A DNA stretch of 61,232 nt. Source: Bacteroidota bacterium (GTDB lineage Bacteria; Bacteroidota; Bacteroidia; AKYH767-A; OLB10). The notes beneath the pieces are model-generated. The model did no database searches. It was not told the origin of the DNA and worked only from the letters and a program-made list of their open reading frames with translations. Both the position numbers and the translations under genes were made by a program. The stretch is from assembly GCA_963169675.1 (NCBI GenBank), contig CAUJFJ010000063.1, forward strand, positions 1 to 61,232. The letters run 5' to 3'. This document shows, one piece after another, positions 20,501 to 29,855 of this stretch (position 1 is its first letter; each line of letters starts with the position of its first letter).

Positions 20501-21615
20501 ACTCCAGCTGAATCAATGAAGGTACAGTCAATACAACCATCACGGTCATTATCTACACCGTCATTAACATCTGCCAAAGGTCCCTGAAAGAAGTCAACTC
20601 CAATAGCAGGAGGATTTAAACCATAACCTGAAGCAGTTTCATCGTCAGCATCACCATTGTAGCAGAAACCTAAACCACGAGGAACATCGCAACCTACATA
20701 ATCATCAACAGCATTTCCCAAATCCGGATCTACCCATTGACCGAAATAAGTCTGTGTAAGAGTAAGAGTGGAACGGTTGATGATTTGATACTTGTAGAAA
20801 GTCATGTTGTTGATCTCATCATTGGTTTTGAAACCGAATGCCTGAGCACGGATTTCAAGACCGATAGGATCTGAACTTGTTTCAGTGTGAGCATTACCTA
20901 CGTCGTTGAATACCCACCAAAGTGTTTTGTCACCGAAAATATAATCGTTACAAACAGTTTTAATGGTACCTGGAACTGATGGATAATCGCCACCGAAATT
21001 GTATCCTGGATAATCACCATCACGGTAGTCATATTCATTATCATTGTTTACATCAATGTAAGGAGCTAGAAAATATCCTTCATTAGATGTAGGGTCACCA
21101 TTACCTGGCCAATTCTTGATATCATTGGTAGCGGCATTAGGATCATTTATAAAGTCAAGGACTTCTTGTTTAGTTACCTTCCAATGCTTGTCGTATGCCT
21201 GACATTTATCAGGAGTAATATTTACAGCATTAGTATCAATAGGTCCACCCCAGAAGTCGATACCTGTCTGGCGATATGTTTGACCGGCAACTTTAATTTG
21301 TCCACCGGCATCGATACCACCAATCCACAATGCACCTGCGAACAGGGCATGTTTGTTAGTACCGATAGGAACTTCATATTTAGCATTTGAAAGATCCCAC
21401 CACATATCTCCTCCTACGAGGACAGTAGTACGGACGTTATTGATGTCGAGATCAGCCTGTGCAGTGGTTGGGTTACAGTTAGCAGCAATAGCACTATTCT
21501 TATTGGAGTTTCCTGTAACGCCCACGTTTTCTTTGGCTGTAGCCGGCAATCCAAGTGTACCCAGGATTACTGCACAGGCCAGAGAAAAGTTGGTGATTAT
21601 AGAGCGCTTCATCAT
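17506..21615 (-). CDS. Large secreted protein of unknown function with T9SS-like C-terminal sorting domain
   Basis: 1369 aa. Signal peptide ...LPATAKE. Calcium-binding-like GVDNDRDGCIDC. The C-terminal roughly 110 aa (VVPNPYY...IKITNLPPLCTVTIFTKNGTLIRKF...WDLKNQKGVPVASGMYLIHIEA...) resemble a type A CTD / FlgD-Ig-like fold. Ends in an aromatic residue (..DLDTF). Confidence 0.65.
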   Translation of the reverse strand: MMKRSIITNFSLACAVILGTLGLPATAKENVGVTGNSNKNSAIAANCNPTTAQADLDINNVRTTVLVGGDMWWDLSNAKYEVPIGTNKHALFAGALWIGGIDAGGQIKVAGQTYRQTGIDFWGGPIDTNAVNITPDKCQAYDKHWKVTKQEVLDFINDPNAATNDIKNWPGNGDPTSNEGYFLAPYIDVNNDNEYDYRDGDYPGYNFGGDYPSVPGTIKTVCNDYIFGDKTLWWVFNDVGNAHTETSSDPIGLEIRAQAFGFKTNDEINNMTFYKYQIINRSTLTLTQTYFGQWVDPDLGNAVDDYVGCDVPRGLGFCYNGDADDETASGYGLNPPAIGVDFFQGPLADVNDGVDNDRDGCIDCTFIDSAGVTLTYDDNILGEQIIMSKFVYYNNVNNSPIGNPNGFTDFYNYLRGIWLDNQPITYGGDGRNAGAPVCDFMFPGTTDPDNFPTLGEWSEFTAGNPPEDRRFLQSAGTFTLTPGAVNYITTGVVWARAQQGGPQASVDLMKLADDKAQALFDNCFKLIDGPNAPDMSIRELDKRLILSLTNYDTSAVELYDQIDPTIVGVPEDDARFKFQGYQIFQLKDASATTSDIGNPDRIRLAQQVDIKDGVAQIVNFSFDPALNANIPMEMVNGSDKGINHTFVITQDLFATGNTALINHKTYYFTVVAYAYNQYKKYDPNDPAALDGQKKPYLAGRNNIKTYSAIPHIPTPENSGQVLGSDYGDGPRIKRIEGQGNGGMILDFANSYENDILNAPYRVREPEYVGGNGPLPIKVYDPVLIENYNYETRFNGVTDTDTWKMSNLSTNTTVDSERSLGQNNEQVFPEWGLSANIKNVLEAGKPGAENNGLLESSVEFSDEDLKWLAPLVDAEDASAEDWILSGAGGTYGGLDDIQAYETMVDGTWAPYKLTSKTYPGPKWSGIAEAQISLSPGGNSKTSIASVDIIITSDKSKWTRSPVFEIGGGTTGAGTIGSAKAFDLRKSPSIDKNGNPDGTGDGMSWFPGYAVNLETGERLNIAFGENSILGGENGGDMKWNPTSTQFDNTISPPEPVFGGMHYIYVFGHNGDATFNVTVNGTPTAFLADVAHYDEGKSIKDLAQLGAGEYPGVPSANTTAKRNLWKDAMYVSIPMLSEDFSSLNLPEGIPADVKVRLRVARSYRTYATADVLKSNQSLTSGSTYYIASAPVTYDGTTYTEVGDSFVAGTVTVFTGGGTVTTTAPANGFDPLYTFGTADLANTTDNVSAATTALDLINVVPNPYYAFSGYEVSQLDNRIKITNLPPLCTVTIFTKNGTLIRKFNRDVAKDNSEGVVYDPAVPNTETSIDWDLKNQKGVPVASGMYLIHIEAPGLGEKTLKWFGMIRPIDLDTF

Positions 21616-21650
21616 ATTTTGGTTATTTTTTTTCTTTGTTTAATTAATGA

Positions 21651-24600
21651 TTAAAAATCAAGTTTAACACCGATCCTTGCTCTTCTTGGAAGGCTGTAGT
21701 TTGATGGATCGTTCACTTTAATGTTGTATTGATCAACGAAAGCGGTTGGATCTGTTTGCAATGGGATTTGAGACTGACCAACTGCAGAAGCAAGATAACC
21801 ATCATCATCAGCATTTCCGGTGTAGCGGTAGATACTTACGATATTTCTTGTATCAAATACATTTTGAATCTGAACATAGACATTCAGGAATACAGGTTTG
21901 CTGCCTTCAGATTTACCAAATTTAAGTTCAAAATCACGATCTACTTTAAGATCGATACGATATTGCCATGGTAATCTTGAACCGTTGATTTCACCGTCAA
22001 GCAGACCTGATCCAACTTGTTGAAGTCCGATGTTGTTTGCCTGAGTAGTTACATCACGTTGACGGCTGTATGGAGTACCTGAACCGGCACGCATTACAAC
22101 ATTCAATCCTGTGTTAGCAAGAATCTGTGTATTCTTAATCATTGGACCATTATAGTCTTTTCCACTTTCGTAACGGTAATCAACAGAAACTGTGATTGCA
22201 TGACGCTGATCGAAATCAAGTGGAGCAATAGTTCTAAGGTTAGGGAAACCATTCTGAAGAAGTTTATCAGAAGTTCTGTCACCTGAACCAGTTCCATCAG
22301 CAAACTGAAGTGAGTATGTTGCGCTTAAGCGAACGTTACCTGTTCTTCTCATATCGTAACCGAAGTTCAGACCTTTAACAGTTCCAAAATCGATGTTATC
22401 GAATGTAAGATAAGTTTTAGGATAAGCGAAGTTAACAGCTGTTTGCTGGATCATATCACGAAGTTCGCGATAGAAAGCAGAGATAGTGAATGCAGAACTT
22501 TTTGAAAGTGTTTGTTTGAAACCAATTTCATAATCAGTAGTACGCTCTGGTTTAAGAGCAGGGTTATTCAACAATGCACCTTGTGATTCGATGAAATAGT
22601 AATCGATTGGGTTACTTCTTGATCTTGATGGAGGACGCTGAGTCAATACATCATAGTGAGCAAAGAAGAGTGCTTCATCAGAAATCGGGAAAGAGAAAGC
22701 GATACGAGGCATCACAGATACTGATGGCTCATAATCTTTGAAGCTGTCAGAAGGTTTGAATTTAGTTAACTGAACACCATTGTTTGCAAGGTCAGTATCT
22801 AAAAGCCATGGAGCAACTTCGCCACCTGATTGAAGCGCAAGGATAGAAGGGTTTGATACCTGAACACCACTTGCATCATACCAGGTGTCTTCGTCACGGT
22901 AACCTACGATATTTGCGTTTTCCGGATCATTAACATCATCAACATACACAATGAAGTCATCACCGATGTTAGATGGACGATTCGGAGCTTTTTGTCCTGC
23001 AGTATAAGCAGGATAAAGAAGATATCTGTCTTTTAATACTTTTTGGTTTGCGTCAAAACGGTCAACACGAAGACCTACGTTGAAGATAAGGTCATTGATT
23101 GCGAACTTATCCTGAATGTAACCAGCCATGTAAATTGGTTCAAAGGCAGCAACCGGACGGGTATAATTTCCTGATGCATCAGTTGCAGTCCAGAAATCAT
23201 CGAAAGAAGGCGTTCCGCTTTGCTTTTCACCTTTGTAATCATAACCATAATAGTTGATGAATTGATTTCCTGAATTTAATAATTCGTCAGCAGTGAACAG
23301 ATCAAGAGAAAGTAAACTTCTGTCAAGATTATCGATATCAACAAAATCAGAAATTCCCAGGTTGTAACCTGAAGCATTCAATTTTGCTCTAAGGTTTTCA
23401 TAGAAACCACTTAGACCATCGATGTTGCTGTAAGCACGTGGATAATAAACGGTATTACCAATGTAAGTTGGGCTGTTTCTGTCAAGCTGTTGATTGTTTT
23501 CATTTGCTCTTAATCTTGCAAGTCCCCAAAGACCAACAGGATTAATCACAAACTCCTGATCTGAACGTTGCTCATATTCAAATCCTGCTACGATAGCATG
23601 ATCTTTAACGTCGGCAGATACCGAAGCAGAAACACGGAATTGAGAACCTTCAACAACACGATATTGGTTGTAGGTATAACCTGGACTTCTGTAAAGAGAA
23701 TAAGTATTTCTTGGCAATGCACCATTGATGATACCAACATTAACTGCAACCTGAGAAAGAGTTGAGTAATACTGTTGGTAATCGTCGCCTGCAAGTGTAA
23801 AATACTGATCTGTATAAGCCTGAGTCAATGGATTAACATCACCTCCGGTATACTGAATTACAGAATCACCAGGTAAAGCAGCTTGTTCATACAATATACC
23901 ATTACCATTATTATCAAAAATAGTGAAGATGGTATCACCTGTAATAGGATCAATCGAGAATACCTGATTCAGGAACAGGTTCTGATTCTTAATAGTATTG
24001 AACTTTCCGATATAACCATAATCGAAGTAACGATCTTCATGATCTTCATCCTGATAAATGGTTTTCGTTTTATTATAATCTACCTGAATCGAATAGAATG
24101 CATTTTTGATAACAGATGCAGATCCTTCAGTACTACTTTTCGATCCTCCTAATTTTTGTGTCAAACGACCAAAAACCCTCCAGGAGTCATCAATTTTCTG
24201 GTTGTTGTTATCATAGTTATATAATGAGTAAGTATAGATGAACTCATTTTTATCACTGTGATCGTAAGAACCTCCGAATGTCAACGTAACATTGTCAACA
24301 GGCTGGATATCAATTTTACCAGAAACACGGTATCCTGCAGAACCTGTGTTTTGTTTAATTTTAATTTTTTCGAATGCATCAGCTCTAAGGTATTCTGTTT
24401 TATTACGGAATACAGTTCCACCTGCTAAGGTTGAAGAAAGCGGATTACTTTTGATATCATTAAAAATATCATCTTTCACTTTGTACATTCCGATTGCTGA
24501 TGGATCAGGATCTTTTTCAATCTGATATTCAGCAGAAAGGAAGAAACCTACAATGGTTCTGTCTACTTTGCCTTCAGCATCTTTTTTAGACCAAACCGGA

Positions 24601-25373
24601 CCGGAGATATTCAAACCAGCGAGGTTATAGCCATATTTATCAAATAATTCTGAAGTTACAAATTCAACTCCACCGAAGAATTCCTTTGAAGGTCCTCTGG
24701 TAGTGATGTTGATGATACCTCCTGTTGCATCACCATATTGAGCAGGAACACCACCGGTTACAACCGTGATCTGCTCGATACCTGATTGAGGAAGTGCTGT
24801 GGAACCTCTTACTTTGATACCATCTACATAGTAGTCGGTAGCATCGCTTCTTGATCCACGTACGTTAACATCGTCACCTTCATCTTTCTGGAATACACCT
24901 GCAGTTGTAGAAGCAACTGACTTCACATCTCTGGTTGGTGCAACCTGAATTTCTTCCTGAGTCACAGTAGTTTGTGATGAAGGGTTACCCTTGTCGATGA
25001 TCGGGTTTTTGTAAGAGGTAACCTCTACAGCGGTGATATCGACTGCACCTTTGGGCATGGATATGTCCTGAAAGGTAATTTTGTCGGCAGACACCAGTAC
25101 TCCGGTGACTTCTGCCGCGGTATAACCAACGAAAGAAGCTTTCAGGTTATACTTGCCGGGTTGAAGCGGTTTGATGGTGAAGTTACCATCGAAGTCGGTC
25201 TGCGCACCGCCCGCCTGACTGCCATTCATCTCCACGACAACATTCGCGAAGGGTAAAGGTTCCTTGGTGGTTTTGTCAAGTACCTTACCTTTAATTGAAC
25301 CGGTTTGGGCAAAAGCCGCAAAGCCGGTAGCAACTAAAAAAGCAGCTGTTAATAGGTAAATTTTTCTCAGCAT
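21651..25373 (-). CDS. Oar-like TonB-dependent outer-membrane receptor (CarboxypepD_reg + plug + oversized barrel)
   Basis: 1240 aa. Signal peptide. The carboxypeptidase-regulatory-like domain reads GSIKGKVLDKTTKEPLPFANVVV...GKYNLKASFVGY. The plug reads VNVRGSRSDATDYYVDGIKV...GGVPAQYGDATGGIINITTRG. C-terminal OMP signature ...RIGVKLDF. No SusD-like gene follows. Confidence 0.85.
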   Translation of the reverse strand: MLRKIYLLTAAFLVATGFAAFAQTGSIKGKVLDKTTKEPLPFANVVVEMNGSQAGGAQTDFDGNFTIKPLQPGKYNLKASFVGYTAAEVTGVLVSADKITFQDISMPKGAVDITAVEVTSYKNPIIDKGNPSSQTTVTQEEIQVAPTRDVKSVASTTAGVFQKDEGDDVNVRGSRSDATDYYVDGIKVRGSTALPQSGIEQITVVTGGVPAQYGDATGGIINITTRGPSKEFFGGVEFVTSELFDKYGYNLAGLNISGPVWSKKDAEGKVDRTIVGFFLSAEYQIEKDPDPSAIGMYKVKDDIFNDIKSNPLSSTLAGGTVFRNKTEYLRADAFEKIKIKQNTGSAGYRVSGKIDIQPVDNVTLTFGGSYDHSDKNEFIYTYSLYNYDNNNQKIDDSWRVFGRLTQKLGGSKSSTEGSASVIKNAFYSIQVDYNKTKTIYQDEDHEDRYFDYGYIGKFNTIKNQNLFLNQVFSIDPITGDTIFTIFDNNGNGILYEQAALPGDSVIQYTGGDVNPLTQAYTDQYFTLAGDDYQQYYSTLSQVAVNVGIINGALPRNTYSLYRSPGYTYNQYRVVEGSQFRVSASVSADVKDHAIVAGFEYEQRSDQEFVINPVGLWGLARLRANENNQQLDRNSPTYIGNTVYYPRAYSNIDGLSGFYENLRAKLNASGYNLGISDFVDIDNLDRSLLSLDLFTADELLNSGNQFINYYGYDYKGEKQSGTPSFDDFWTATDASGNYTRPVAAFEPIYMAGYIQDKFAINDLIFNVGLRVDRFDANQKVLKDRYLLYPAYTAGQKAPNRPSNIGDDFIVYVDDVNDPENANIVGYRDEDTWYDASGVQVSNPSILALQSGGEVAPWLLDTDLANNGVQLTKFKPSDSFKDYEPSVSVMPRIAFSFPISDEALFFAHYDVLTQRPPSRSRSNPIDYYFIESQGALLNNPALKPERTTDYEIGFKQTLSKSSAFTISAFYRELRDMIQQTAVNFAYPKTYLTFDNIDFGTVKGLNFGYDMRRTGNVRLSATYSLQFADGTGSGDRTSDKLLQNGFPNLRTIAPLDFDQRHAITVSVDYRYESGKDYNGPMIKNTQILANTGLNVVMRAGSGTPYSRQRDVTTQANNIGLQQVGSGLLDGEINGSRLPWQYRIDLKVDRDFELKFGKSEGSKPVFLNVYVQIQNVFDTRNIVSIYRYTGNADDDGYLASAVGQSQIPLQTDPTAFVDQYNIKVNDPSNYSLPRRARIGVKLDF

Positions 25374-25501
25374 AGGGTTATTTTTATGTTAGGTTTTTAA
25401 TAATTTATAATGAGGAGCGTAAAAGTATGAATATTTAAAAATAATATCCAAACATTATTTTAATTTTTACAATTAATTGACTGGTAAGTTCATTCAAGTG
25501 G

Positions 25502-26002
25502 CTAGTTATAAGGTCTTTTGAGTATTTCAGAATATATAATTGCTTTTTGCATATCGCCATCCCGGAGGTCATTCAGAACCGAATTCCCATAGTCGCCGAC
25601 TGTTAGTGTTTCTTCAAATTGTACAATTTTAGATGGTTGAATAGCACCACCTTCAAGATTATAATTCATGGAAACTTCATTCTTTTTTTGTTGTGATAAC
25701 CTGGGGGCAATCATGGGTTTACGTCCAGAAGCAAGTGAAGGCCTTGCCGATTCTCTCAAAGGCTTTCTGGCAGGAATTGGTGAGCTTTGCCGCGATGGCT
25801 TAGGCAATGCATTGGCCTGACGTCGAGTCGTTTGCTGTGTTTTACTGACTGGAGGCATCTGAATTGGAGGAGCAGGCACTTCCTGAGGAACCGGTTTTGC
25901 CGGATTCCTTTTCTTGGATTCATCCATTATTTTGCGGTAGTTATTGTAAACCACCCATATAATAGCACCCACTATATATAATATGACCTTCAGATCATCC
26001 AT
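25502..26002 (-). CDS. Small membrane-anchored Pro-rich protein, function unknown
   Basis: 166 aa. One N-terminal TM (ILYIVGAIIWVVY), a Pro/Lys/Arg-rich linker, and a conserved-looking C-terminal AIIYSEILKRPY. Confidence 0.55.
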   Translation of the reverse strand: MDDLKVILYIVGAIIWVVYNNYRKIMDESKKRNPAKPVPQEVPAPPIQMPPVSKTQQTTRRQANALPKPSRQSSPIPARKPLRESARPSLASGRKPMIAPRLSQQKKNEVSMNYNLEGGAIQPSKIVQFEETLTVGDYGNSVLNDLRDGDMQKAIIYSEILKRPYN

Positions 26003-26247
26003 GCTATCGAAACTATTGTGAACAAATATCTGTTTTTTTTAATTGGTTTGACAATAAATTTCATTTTGTGGCTTTTTAATGACATAATGATGTGCGTTCA
26101 GGCATTAATTCACTTTCTGAACTTTTTCGTGCACCTTCTCCCGTTTGTTCACAAATCAAATAGCTGACAATCAGCCAACTTGTTAAAAAGATATGAAAAA
26201 CGAGGCATTTATCTTAATTTTGTTAGGTTCCGACTAGGTGGAAAATC

Positions 26248-26255
26248 TATTTTTG
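26248..26255 (+). promoter_or_regulatory. -7 promoter box TATTTTTG for smc
   Basis: TAnnTTTG consensus 42 nt upstream of the smc ATG. Confidence 0.45.
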
Positions 26256-26297
26256 CACTCCTGTTTTCAGAAATCCAATTAATTAGCAGATCGTGAA

Positions 26298-29200
26298 ATG
26301 CGTCTTACAACATTAGAAATAAAAGGCTTTAAAAGTTTTGGTGATAAAGTAACTATCCACTTCGACAAGGGTGTTACGGCAGTTGTCGGGCCAAATGGCT
26401 CCGGGAAATCGAATGTGGTTGATGCCATTCGCTGGGTATTGGGAGAACAAAAGACTCGTATGCTCCGCTCCGAAAAAATGGAGAACATTATTTTCAATGG
26501 TACAAAAAACCGGAAGCCTGCAAATCTGGCCGAAGTACACCTCACTTTTGAGAACAATAAAGGAATTTTATCTACTGAATATTCAACGGTATGTATCAGC
26601 AGAAGATTATATCGTACCGGTGAAAGTGAATATTTATTAAATGGTGTTACTTGCAGATTAAAAGACATTACAGATCTTTTTCTGGATACCGGAATTGGTT
26701 CCGATAGTTATGCCATTATTGAATTAAAAATGATTGATGAGATTCTGAATGACCGGAATAACACAATCAAATTTTTGCTGGAAGAAGCGGCCGGAATTTC
26801 CAAATATAAAATCAGAAAAAAACAAACTTTCCAGAAGCTGGAAGAAACAGATGCTGATCTTAACAGGGTTAATGATTTGTTATTCGAAATAGAAAAAAGT
26901 TTAAAGCAACTCGAAAGTCAGGCAAAGAAAACTCAGAAATTTTATCGGATGAAAGATGAATATAAAGAAGTAAGTATGGCTTACTCTTTATATGCAGTTC
27001 GTGAATTTCGGGAGTCACTTCAGGATCTTCAAAAAAGAGAAGAATCTATCTCAGATGAAAAATTACAACATCATGTTGACCTTGATGTAATAGAGGCAAA
27101 TATCCAGAAATTAAAAACAGAGAGTCTGGAAAAAGAGAAGAATTTATCGACAGTTCAAAAAGAACTGAATGATATTATACTTCTTATTACAAAGAATGAA
27201 AATGAGATCAAAAATGTGAAAGAAAAAATTTCTTTCCTTCATGATAAACAAAAGCAATTAAGTCATCAAAATGTAACTGATGAACAAACCATTGCCGAAT
27301 TAAATGAAAGTATAACCTCCCTTACCGGAGAAAAAACTACAGAAGAAGAAGCTCTGAAAAGTCTGGAACATCAGCTATCAGAAATGAAGCAAAATGTTGA
27401 AGACAATAAACATTTGTATGAAGAATCAGTTGGAGAACTGAAATCATTGAATCAGCAACTCCACGAATTACGTCAGCAAATAAATCGCTATGAAACGCAG
27501 GCAGCTGTTCGTCAGGCAAGAAGTAATTCCATTGGTGAAGAATTAAAAAGATTGAATGATCAGATTCAGGCTAATGAGACTAAACTTGCTACTCTGGATC
27601 AGGAAATTGCCAAAATAGTTCCGGAACGGGAACGCCTGGAAAAAGAATCTGCGGCTGCAAAAAAACACCGCGATGATTTTGAGCAAAAACTACGTGAGAC
27701 CGAAAACAAACTTCGCACATTAAATCAGCAATTAGCAGAAGAAAAAAGGAAATCTGATATTAAATCAAATGAATTTGAGCTGACAAAAAATTTGCTGGAA
27801 AAAATGGAAGGGTTTCCGGAATCCATCAAATTCTTGAAAGCTCCTAACTCTCAGTTCAAACAAGTTCCTTTGGTTTCCGAAGTGATCAGTTGTGATGATG
27901 AGTATAAAAATGCCATTGAAAATTATCTTGAACCATTTCTGAATCACTTTATAGTACAGAACACCAGAGAAGCATGGGAAGCACTGCAAATGCTGAATAC
28001 GTCATCAAAAGGCCGTGCTCACTTTTTTGTCCTTGATAATCTGAAGTCCCTCCCTACTCCATCAGGAAAAGATATTGCAGGTTGTAAACGCGCTTTATCG
28101 CTCACTGAATTTGATGGTGCCTATGCTAAACTTTTCGAACATTTACTGGGGAATGTCTATTTATATGATGGCGGTGATGATCTCAGTCAATTTGATACTT
28201 CTTCTATAGAAGGATCCTATATTTTACTTTCAAAGAATGGAAAATTCCTTCGCCAACGTTATGTTCTTGCAGGAGGATCTATAGGTTTGGGTGATGGAAA
28301 AAGAACTGGTAAGCAGAAAAATCTTCAGAAACTGTCTGATGAAATTAAAGCTCATCAGGAAGTAATTGATTCGTTACAAAAACAAATCGCCACTACCGAA
28401 AAAGAGCAAACTGAACAAAGAAACACCTTCAGTGAAGCCGGAAGAAATGTCAGTAAAACAGACGGTGATTTTGCACGTACAACAGGACAGGTAAACACCT
28501 TGAAAAATAATAGGGAATTCCTGGTTCAGGCAATAGATTACACCCGAACGACCGTAAATCAGCTTACAGAAGAAAATGAAAACCTGAATAAGCCTGAAGA
28601 ACATCCTGAAGCGATCAAAGGGTTTTCTATTGAATCACAAAGAACAGAACTGCAGAATCTTTTAGACCAGCAAAAGATTAAGCAGGATCTTTCCAATGAA
28701 TTGCAGAAGCATGTAAGCGACATGACAAACGCTTACAACCAGAAGAATATTCAATTTTTCCAACAGCAAAATAAACTGCAGAATATTTCCAGAGACATCA
28801 GTTTTAAATCTAATCAGGTGAGCAATCTTACACGCAGTCGTGAAGAACATCTGATTGAACTGGAAGGCATCACTCAGCAACTAAAAACACTTCACGAGCA
28901 ACAGCATACCACTGAAGCCTTATTTAAGGAACACACCGAGAAAAAATCGAGTGCCGAAGTGATTGTTCGCACTCAGGAAGATGATTATTACAAATCGAAA
29001 GGTGAAATTGATAAGGAAGAAAAACTGATTGCAGAAAAACGTAAGCAAAAGGAACATTCTGATGGTATCATCCGTGAAATCCACAATCAGATAAATGAGC
29101 TTCGTTTGAAAATGACTTCTCTTAAAGAACGTCTGAATATTGAGTTCAACATTGTGCTTGAAGAAATCATGGAACAGGAACCGAATCCGGAACTTGATGC

Positions 29201-29855
29201 TGAAGAGCTTCGCACGCGATCTGAAAAACTTAAAAAGCAGTTGTCTGACTTCGGTCCTATCAATCCGATGGCACTCGAATCATTTAAGGAAATAAAAGAG
29301 CGTCACGATTTTATTGTCAAGGAGCAGGAAGATTTAAAAAATGCCAAAGAATCGCTTTTAAAAACTATTGCAGAAATTGACAATACTGCCAAAGAAAAAT
29401 TCATGGAAGCATACTACGCTGTCCGCGAAAATTTCATCCATGTATTCCGGTCATTATTCTCAGAAGAAGACAATTGCGATCTGATACTAACTGATCTTGC
29501 AAATCCTTTGGAATCTGATGTTCAGATTATTGCTCAGCCAAAAGGGAAAAAACCACTTTCTATTCATCAGTTATCGGGAGGAGAGAAAACATTAACTGCA
29601 ACCGCATTACTGTTTGGTATCTACCTGTTGAAGCCATCTCCTTTCTGTATATTTGATGAGGTTGATGCTCCGCTGGATGATTCGAACATTGATAAATTCA
29701 ATAAAATCATCAAGAAATTCTCTGCTGAATCTCAATTCATCATCATCACTCACAACAAAAAAACCATGGCAGCAACCGACATTATGTACGGTATTACCAT
29801 GGTTGAACAAGGAGTTACACAAGTTGTTCCTGTCGACTTGCGTGAGTATGCCTGA
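26298..29855 (+). CDS. smc: Chromosome segregation protein SMC
   Basis: 1185 aa. Walker A GPNGSGKSN, long coiled coils flanking a hinge, signature LSGGEKTLTA, Walker B FCIFDEVDAPLD. Confidence 0.96.
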   Translation: MRLTTLEIKGFKSFGDKVTIHFDKGVTAVVGPNGSGKSNVVDAIRWVLGEQKTRMLRSEKMENIIFNGTKNRKPANLAEVHLTFENNKGILSTEYSTVCISRRLYRTGESEYLLNGVTCRLKDITDLFLDTGIGSDSYAIIELKMIDEILNDRNNTIKFLLEEAAGISKYKIRKKQTFQKLEETDADLNRVNDLLFEIEKSLKQLESQAKKTQKFYRMKDEYKEVSMAYSLYAVREFRESLQDLQKREESISDEKLQHHVDLDVIEANIQKLKTESLEKEKNLSTVQKELNDIILLITKNENEIKNVKEKISFLHDKQKQLSHQNVTDEQTIAELNESITSLTGEKTTEEEALKSLEHQLSEMKQNVEDNKHLYEESVGELKSLNQQLHELRQQINRYETQAAVRQARSNSIGEELKRLNDQIQANETKLATLDQEIAKIVPERERLEKESAAAKKHRDDFEQKLRETENKLRTLNQQLAEEKRKSDIKSNEFELTKNLLEKMEGFPESIKFLKAPNSQFKQVPLVSEVISCDDEYKNAIENYLEPFLNHFIVQNTREAWEALQMLNTSSKGRAHFFVLDNLKSLPTPSGKDIAGCKRALSLTEFDGAYAKLFEHLLGNVYLYDGGDDLSQFDTSSIEGSYILLSKNGKFLRQRYVLAGGSIGLGDGKRTGKQKNLQKLSDEIKAHQEVIDSLQKQIATTEKEQTEQRNTFSEAGRNVSKTDGDFARTTGQVNTLKNNREFLVQAIDYTRTTVNQLTEENENLNKPEEHPEAIKGFSIESQRTELQNLLDQQKIKQDLSNELQKHVSDMTNAYNQKNIQFFQQQNKLQNISRDISFKSNQVSNLTRSREEHLIELEGITQQLKTLHEQQHTTEALFKEHTEKKSSAEVIVRTQEDDYYKSKGEIDKEEKLIAEKRKQKEHSDGIIREIHNQINELRLKMTSLKERLNIEFNIVLEEIMEQEPNPELDAEELRTRSEKLKKQLSDFGPINPMALESFKEIKERHDFIVKEQEDLKNAKESLLKTIAEIDNTAKEKFMEAYYAVRENFIHVFRSLFSEEDNCDLILTDLANPLESDVQIIAQPKGKKPLSIHQLSGGEKTLTATALLFGIYLLKPSPFCIFDEVDAPLDDSNIDKFNKIIKKFSAESQFIIITHNKKTMAATDIMYGITMVEQGVTQVVPVDLREYA

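Noticed and set aside
26087-26167. 26-codon hydrophobic mini-ORF (MMCVQALIHFLNFFVHLLPFVHKSNS) in the smc upstream region
   Set aside because: It has no promoter box in a suitable position, and its length and composition are compatible with chance in AT-rich DNA. It cannot be supported without conservation or ribosome-profiling data.
26279-26668. 129-aa ORF antisense to the smc 5' end
   Set aside because: It overlaps the highly conserved SMC head (Walker A). It has no independent signals and is a typical shadow ORF.
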